Source: Nitrosopumilus sp. (GTDB lineage: Archaea; Thermoproteota; Nitrososphaeria; Nitrososphaerales; Nitrosopumilaceae). From it: DNA of 64,000 bases. The DNA lies in assembly GCA_965218695.1 (NCBI GenBank), contig OZ244651.1:1248001-1312000 (forward strand), in the 5' to 3' direction. Within the stretch, counting starts at the first letter, position 1, and each line of letters opens with the position of its first letter. Made by a program: the position numbers and the translations under genes. This document shows, piece after piece, positions 59,476 through 64,000 of the stretch. The notes below the pieces were generated by a model. That model was not told where the DNA came from, ran no database searches, and worked only from the letters and a program-made list of their open reading frames with translations.

Positions 59476-61510
59476 TTCTTCTGACCGTCACCACCCCTGC
59501 CATCCCTACTGCTGCCGTGATCACCACAATTATTCCGACATGCCTTGCAGATATGTCGATGGGCTCTGGGCCGTCACGATCCTCTGCAAGCCAGTCAACT
59601 GTCACTGTGCTGTATGCCTCTGAGGCATTCCCGTCTGAGACGATTCTGGCATCTATCCAGTACACTGCGTTCCTGTAAACCTCGATTGACGCATCCCTGT
59701 CCGGCGTGGCAGTTACGGTGCGTACCCTCCCGTCCATGCTGTTGATGACTGAAATCTTTGCAAAGTCCCATTGATCCTGATGATGGACCTCAAAGAGAAG
59801 CCTCTGATTCTCCTGGCTTGTCGATATTGAGCCTGGGGTGTAGTGTACCAGGATCGGGACGCTGTATCTGGCCTGGCCGTGACTTACAACCACCCTTCCC
59901 TCATGATCGCCGAAATCCTCCCCTGCCATACTCATTTTGACATGCAGCATGTTACCGTACCTGGAATGGTCAAATTTTATGGATTCTGATCCCTCAAATT
60001 TTACACTGACGTCATCTGGCATGCCGCCGCCGCCGATTGGCATCATCTCAATCCGATGCTCTGATGTCGTCCTGTATGGCGACATGCTTGTCACAATGTT
60101 TGGTGGCGTAACGATGAGGTTTGCCTCGTAGGCGCCTGCCAGGTTCAGCCTACCACTGCCTGCACCTTGGATGGAAAACTCCGCCCCGTAGGCGTTTGAG
60201 ACCGGCTTGACCGTAGTCATGAGAAGCGACCGTATCTGGCCGTTGTCCAGATCGGGATTCTTTTGAAGGAGCAGTGCTGCTGCCCCGGTTACGTGCGGTG
60301 CTGCATAGCTTGTTCCGCTGGTAATGTTGTACGTTGAGCCGTTCTGCGTGGTATTGATGTATGCCCCCGGAGCCATGATGTCCGGCTTTACGTAGAACGG
60401 GGATACCGGCCCCCTGGAACTAAAATGCACTACAAAGTCTGGATTGTAAAAGAGGTGCATCGTTCCATTGCTGTCTGTCCTCTCCCTGATCTCAAGCCCA
60501 TCCTCTCTGTCTATTGATACCACCGGAATCCTTGGCTCGTACCCCGGTTCGATAAACTCGTGAATCAGCTCCCCCAGGAACAATCCCGACTCGTTGTTGT
60601 ACACAATCAGGGCCTTTGCCCCCGCATCTGCAGCGTTCTTCTCCTTTATTGAAAAGTACAGCATCTGGCCTTCCACGTCGCTTCCCCTCTCCACCAGCAC
60701 TATGGAGTCCTCCTCCACCCCGCCCTCCAGATCCGTGCTTTTCCCATACCCGCCAAAGACTATCTCTTCGGTGATCGGCTCATCAAGCGTGGGAGATCCC
60801 ACCATTGGGATCACGGTATACTGTTCCTCGCCTATCTCCAGCGTTGCAACAAGACTTGTCGTAATGTTGTTGTATGTGGCGCCAACAGTCAGGGCGTTGA
60901 TGCTCCTTCCGGGACTTCCGATGGTCTCAGGCTCCGGCCCGTCGTTTCCTGCTGCCACCACCACAAGGACGCCGTTTTCAACTGCCTGGTTCACTGCGCG
61001 GTCAATCTTCGTATTTGTGCTGTTCACCCCAAGGCTGATGTTTATTATGTCTGCCCCGTCCTCAACTGCCATGCCTATGGCCCTAACGATAAGATCCGAT
61101 GATACGCCCTCGCCGTCCTCTGATACCTTGTATGCAAGAATTCGTGCCTTGGGGGCGATTCCGACCAGCTTCCCGTCTGCTGCAATTATTCCGGCAACCT
61201 GGGTTCCATGACCGCTGGTATCCAACGGAGGCGTGTCTTGCTGTATAAAGTTGTGTCCTCCGACCACCTTTCCGTCCTTGCCCCAACCTGCCAGATCTGG
61301 ATGATTAAAGTCGACCCCCGTGTCAATCACTGCCACCGTGATTCCGGCACCGTCAATTCCGTCCGTCCTTGGAATGTCTGTTCCTATGTGTGGGGCGCTG
61401 TTCTCCAGATATGTCCTGCCCTGGTCGTCCCAGTCTGGAACCAGTTCAAAAAGTATGATGCCTGCCGGGAACGTGAGGATCAAAACGAAGAACAGGATTC
61501 TCATATGCAC
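59453..61510 (-). CDS. S8 subtilisin-like serine peptidase with PA domain, membrane-anchored
   Basis: VIDTG, HGTQVAG, SGTSYAAPHV catalytic triad; N- and C-terminal hydrophobic helices. Confidence 0.92.
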   Translation of the reverse strand: MHMRILFFVLILTFPAGIILFELVPDWDDQGRTYLENSAPHIGTDIPRTDGIDGAGITVAVIDTGVDFNHPDLAGWGKDGKVVGGHNFIQQDTPPLDTSGHGTQVAGIIAADGKLVGIAPKARILAYKVSEDGEGVSSDLIVRAIGMAVEDGADIINISLGVNSTNTKIDRAVNQAVENGVLVVVAAGNDGPEPETIGSPGRSINALTVGATYNNITTSLVATLEIGEEQYTVIPMVGSPTLDEPITEEIVFGGYGKSTDLEGGVEEDSIVLVERGSDVEGQMLYFSIKEKNAADAGAKALIVYNNESGLFLGELIHEFIEPGYEPRIPVVSIDREDGLEIRERTDSNGTMHLFYNPDFVVHFSSRGPVSPFYVKPDIMAPGAYINTTQNGSTYNITSGTSYAAPHVTGAAALLLQKNPDLDNGQIRSLLMTTVKPVSNAYGAEFSIQGAGSGRLNLAGAYEANLIVTPPNIVTSMSPYRTTSEHRIEMMPIGGGGMPDDVSVKFEGSESIKFDHSRYGNMLHVKMSMAGEDFGDHEGRVVVSHGQARYSVPILVHYTPGSISTSQENQRLLFEVHHQDQWDFAKISVINSMDGRVRTVTATPDRDASIEVYRNAVYWIDARIVSDGNASEAYSTVTVDWLAEDRDGPEPIDISARHVGIIVVITAAVGMAGVVTVRRTTAAMKG

Positions 61511-61651
61511 CCTGATGCGCCTACTGGTAAAAACGTATAATGCCCGTACCCGACGCGACTGATTCTGCCGGCACGCCTCCCAATCTGCCCTGTATCGTAT
61601 CCGGCAGTCCCTTTACTAAACCAATAAATGGAATAGGCTTTCAAAACCCCC

Positions 61652-62272
61652 ATGGGAAAATACACGCTTCCTGAAATGCCCTATGCATACGACGCGCTAG
61701 AGCCACACATTGATGCACGAACCATGGAGATTCACCATACAAAGCATCATCAGACATACACTGACAAACTGAATGCGGCCCTTGATACATGCCCTGCTGA
61801 GATTCAAGAGAAGGACATCCTCGAGATTCTTTCTGATATCGACTCAGTTCCGCAAGACAAGAGGGGTGCAATCAACTTCAACGGCGGTGGTTACGACAAC
61901 CATAGGTTGTTTTGGAACAACATGAAGCCAAACGGAGGCGGGGAGCCAGGAGGATCAATTGCAGATGCAATCAACGATTCCTTTGGAAGCTTTTCTGACT
62001 TCAAGGAGAAGTTCTCATCCACTACGGCAGTAATCCAGGGAAGTGGCTGGGGATGGTTGGTATACAATCCTTCATCTGAAAAGGTGGAGTACAAGTCAAT
62101 GCCAAACCAGACCAGTCCAAGAACCGAGGGATTGGTGCCACTACTGGGATGCGATGTCTGGGAACATGCATACTATCTCAACTACCAGAACAAGAGACCA
62201 GTATACATTGCAGCCTGGTGGAACGTCGTAAACTGGGACGAAGTGGAAAGCAGATTCTCAAAGGCCAAGTAA
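61652..62272 (+). CDS. sod: Fe/Mn superoxide dismutase
   Basis: [26 protein letters not shown]. Confidence 0.97.
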   Translation: MGKYTLPEMPYAYDALEPHIDARTMEIHHTKHHQTYTDKLNAALDTCPAEIQEKDILEILSDIDSVPQDKRGAINFNGGGYDNHRLFWNNMKPNGGGEPGGSIADAINDSFGSFSDFKEKFSSTTAVIQGSGWGWLVYNPSSEKVEYKSMPNQTSPRTEGLVPLLGCDVWEHAYYLNYQNKRPVYIAAWWNVVNWDEVESRFSKAK

Positions 62273-62273
62273 C

Positions 62274-62298
62274 ATTTCAATTTTTAATTTTTTATTTG
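62274..62298 (+). terminator. Oligo-T archaeal terminator candidate after sod
   Basis: TTTTTAATTTTTTATTT directly after the stop codon. Confidence 0.55.
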
Positions 62299-62504
62299 TC
62301 TGGGCGTGGTTCAGCCCGGACGACCATGCAAATGCCGGCACCCTTGCATCCGCACGGCCTGCCGGTGGCAGTTCGGTTGTGCATGTGACTTACCTGAAGC
62401 GGCCGTCTCCTGTTGCCCATTCAGATTGCACACAAAACCGGGCATGATTACCAATGCATAAACAAATCTTGGATCCTCGCAATCTGGTCCGGCGGACACT
62501 TCCT

Positions 62505-63796
62505 CAGTCTTCCCAGAAGTACCTGAAAACAGCCCAAAATCAAAACAGATCAATTAGGGCAATCTCAGAAGGTCATCGAACTACCAATGAACCAACTGAG
62601 ACGCGACTTGCTTAACAACCCACGCATATATCAAGATGTTCTGGACACGGTAGGGGCAGGCATGTCCCCGTGCATCATGGTCTCACACAGGCACAATGCC
62701 ATCTACGGCACCGAGGATTTTCACAGAAGCATGGCAGGCGCATGTGCGCACGGCAGGCAGGTGGCCGGATGCACCAGGTCCTCCAAGAGAATCGGCGGTG
62801 CAGACGGGGACTCACGCCCAAGTGATGAGTGGATGCGCGATGCGGCATCCCGGACGCGTGGCAGCGACGTCTACAAATGCTTTGCCAAGACAGTCGTCCT
62901 GCAGCTTGACCAGATGCGCAAGATGAGACTGCTCAAGAAAGACCAGGAGATTGACTTGGCAATCGACATGCACCTGATACCCAGATACGACAAGAGCTAC
63001 GGGGCAGAACTGGTGCGCTCAAAGGCCAAGGACGGGACACACGTCTTTGAGAGGTACATCACGATACAGTCCACGGTTCAGAACCTTCGCCTCGTGTTAG
63101 GCGTCCTGAACATGCCGTCACTTGAGGATACTGCCGATTTCGTGCGTAAAATCATCGGCTCTGCACGGGACGTGGGGGCCTGCATCGGAATGGCGATGCT
63201 GGACAGGGAGTTCTTTACGGCAGACGTAATGGGGACGCTTGGGGACATGGGCATCAAATATCTGATACCATGCAAGAATACGGATACTGTGGTGGATGCC
63301 ATCGCAGAGTTTGCTACAGGCAGGCGCGGCCGCGTCTCCAAATCCGTCATCGTCGGGGGAGATGGCAGGGAGGTGTCGTATACGATGACCATCACAGAAA
63401 GGAAGAAGAGGAAGAAAAGAAAGGACGACGACGAGCTGCTGCCGCACGAGAAATACATCGGGTTTGCCACCAACGTCCCCGACGTGGATCCGGACTCGTA
63501 CGGGAACAGGTGGGGCATAGAGACTGGATACCGGATGATAGAAAACACAAGGGCCAAGACGCACAGCAAGAACCCGATGGCGCGACTTTTGTGCTTTGTG
63601 TACTCTGTAGCCGTCTTTAACGCTTGGGTAATGGCAAACGCAACGCTGATGCACGTTACCGGGATTTATCCCACGGATCCCCCGATCACCCAACAGGATC
63701 TCAGGGACATGCTGCTGTTGCTGATCGTATTTGGCTACAAAGAGCCGCCGGAGCCCCCGCCGCCGGTGCTACCCTGAGCTACTTCTGGGAAGACTG
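62505..63796 (+). mobile_element. ISH3-like insertion sequence, 1292 bp
   Basis: Perfect 17-bp TIR CAGTCTTCCCAGAAGTA; 5-bp TSD TTCCT (62500-62504, 63797-63801). Confidence 0.93.
62587..63777 (+). CDS. ISH3-like DDE transposase
   Basis: AIDMHLI, MLDREFF, Y.NRWGIETGY. Confidence 0.9.
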   Translation: MNQLRRDLLNNPRIYQDVLDTVGAGMSPCIMVSHRHNAIYGTEDFHRSMAGACAHGRQVAGCTRSSKRIGGADGDSRPSDEWMRDAASRTRGSDVYKCFAKTVVLQLDQMRKMRLLKKDQEIDLAIDMHLIPRYDKSYGAELVRSKAKDGTHVFERYITIQSTVQNLRLVLGVLNMPSLEDTADFVRKIIGSARDVGACIGMAMLDREFFTADVMGTLGDMGIKYLIPCKNTDTVVDAIAEFATGRRGRVSKSVIVGGDGREVSYTMTITERKKRKKRKDDDELLPHEKYIGFATNVPDVDPDSYGNRWGIETGYRMIENTRAKTHSKNPMARLLCFVYSVAVFNAWVMANATLMHVTGIYPTDPPITQQDLRDMLLLLIVFGYKEPPEPPPPVLP

Positions 63797-64000
63797 TTCC
63801 TCCAAATTGATTTATAACCATCCAAGACAGGTTTGTTGTCAATGAGCGAGGAACAGGCACAGCATATGATACAACAGATACAGGCACTTGAGACATATTT
63901 TGCGGATCTGACCCAGAGGGAAAGAACATTTCTAAACGTATTGCAGGAAGCTGCAAATGCAATCAAATCCATCAAATCCCTGTCCGAGAAGCCAGGGTCT

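Noticed and set aside
807-61211. Numerous long antisense/overlapping ORFs in the track (e.g. 807-1697, 9869-10615, 26383-27240, 54069-54959, 57945-58679)
   Set aside because: Shadows of well-supported genes on the opposite strand, with no recognisable motifs

Overview
A 64-kb core-genome segment of an ammonia-oxidising archaeon (Nitrososphaerota/Thaumarchaeota, Nitrosopumilaceae-like). The assignment rests on a fused RNA polymerase A subunit, PEFG-CTERM and CFI-box-CTERM surface proteins and an intron-containing tRNA; the IS load hints at a host-associated lineage (inference). Housekeeping content: rpoH-rpoB-rpoA, S7/S12/NusA/L30e, secE-spt5-L11, L1-L10, L12, L32e, L19e, leuS, alaS, mdh, pckA, sod, larB/larC/larE plus a cysteine desulfurase, a B12-type radical SAM enzyme, and six secreted/surface-protein genes. 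Nine complete insertion sequences of five families (ISH3-like x5, IS5, IS481, IS6, IS66) were delimited from the sequence. All are intergenic and all have readable terminal inverted repeats (TIR) and target-site duplications (TSD). There is also a 61-bp IS66-type MITE and a probable IS66 relic. Most notable observations: (i) four IS stacked in one ~20-bp site upstream of the L30e operon; (ii) an IS6-like element with 83-bp inverted ends, a SWIM/zinc-ribbon transposase and an uncalled 58-aa passenger gene; (iii) ISH3-like and IS6-like elements landing 45-49 nt upstream of three start codons, just beyond the TATA box; (iv) an IS481-like element with a 15-bp TSD; (v) a tRNA-Gln with two introns; (vi) a nickel-pincer cofactor cluster without larA, linked to mdh and iscS. 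All calls come from manual reading and motif recognition; no database search was run.
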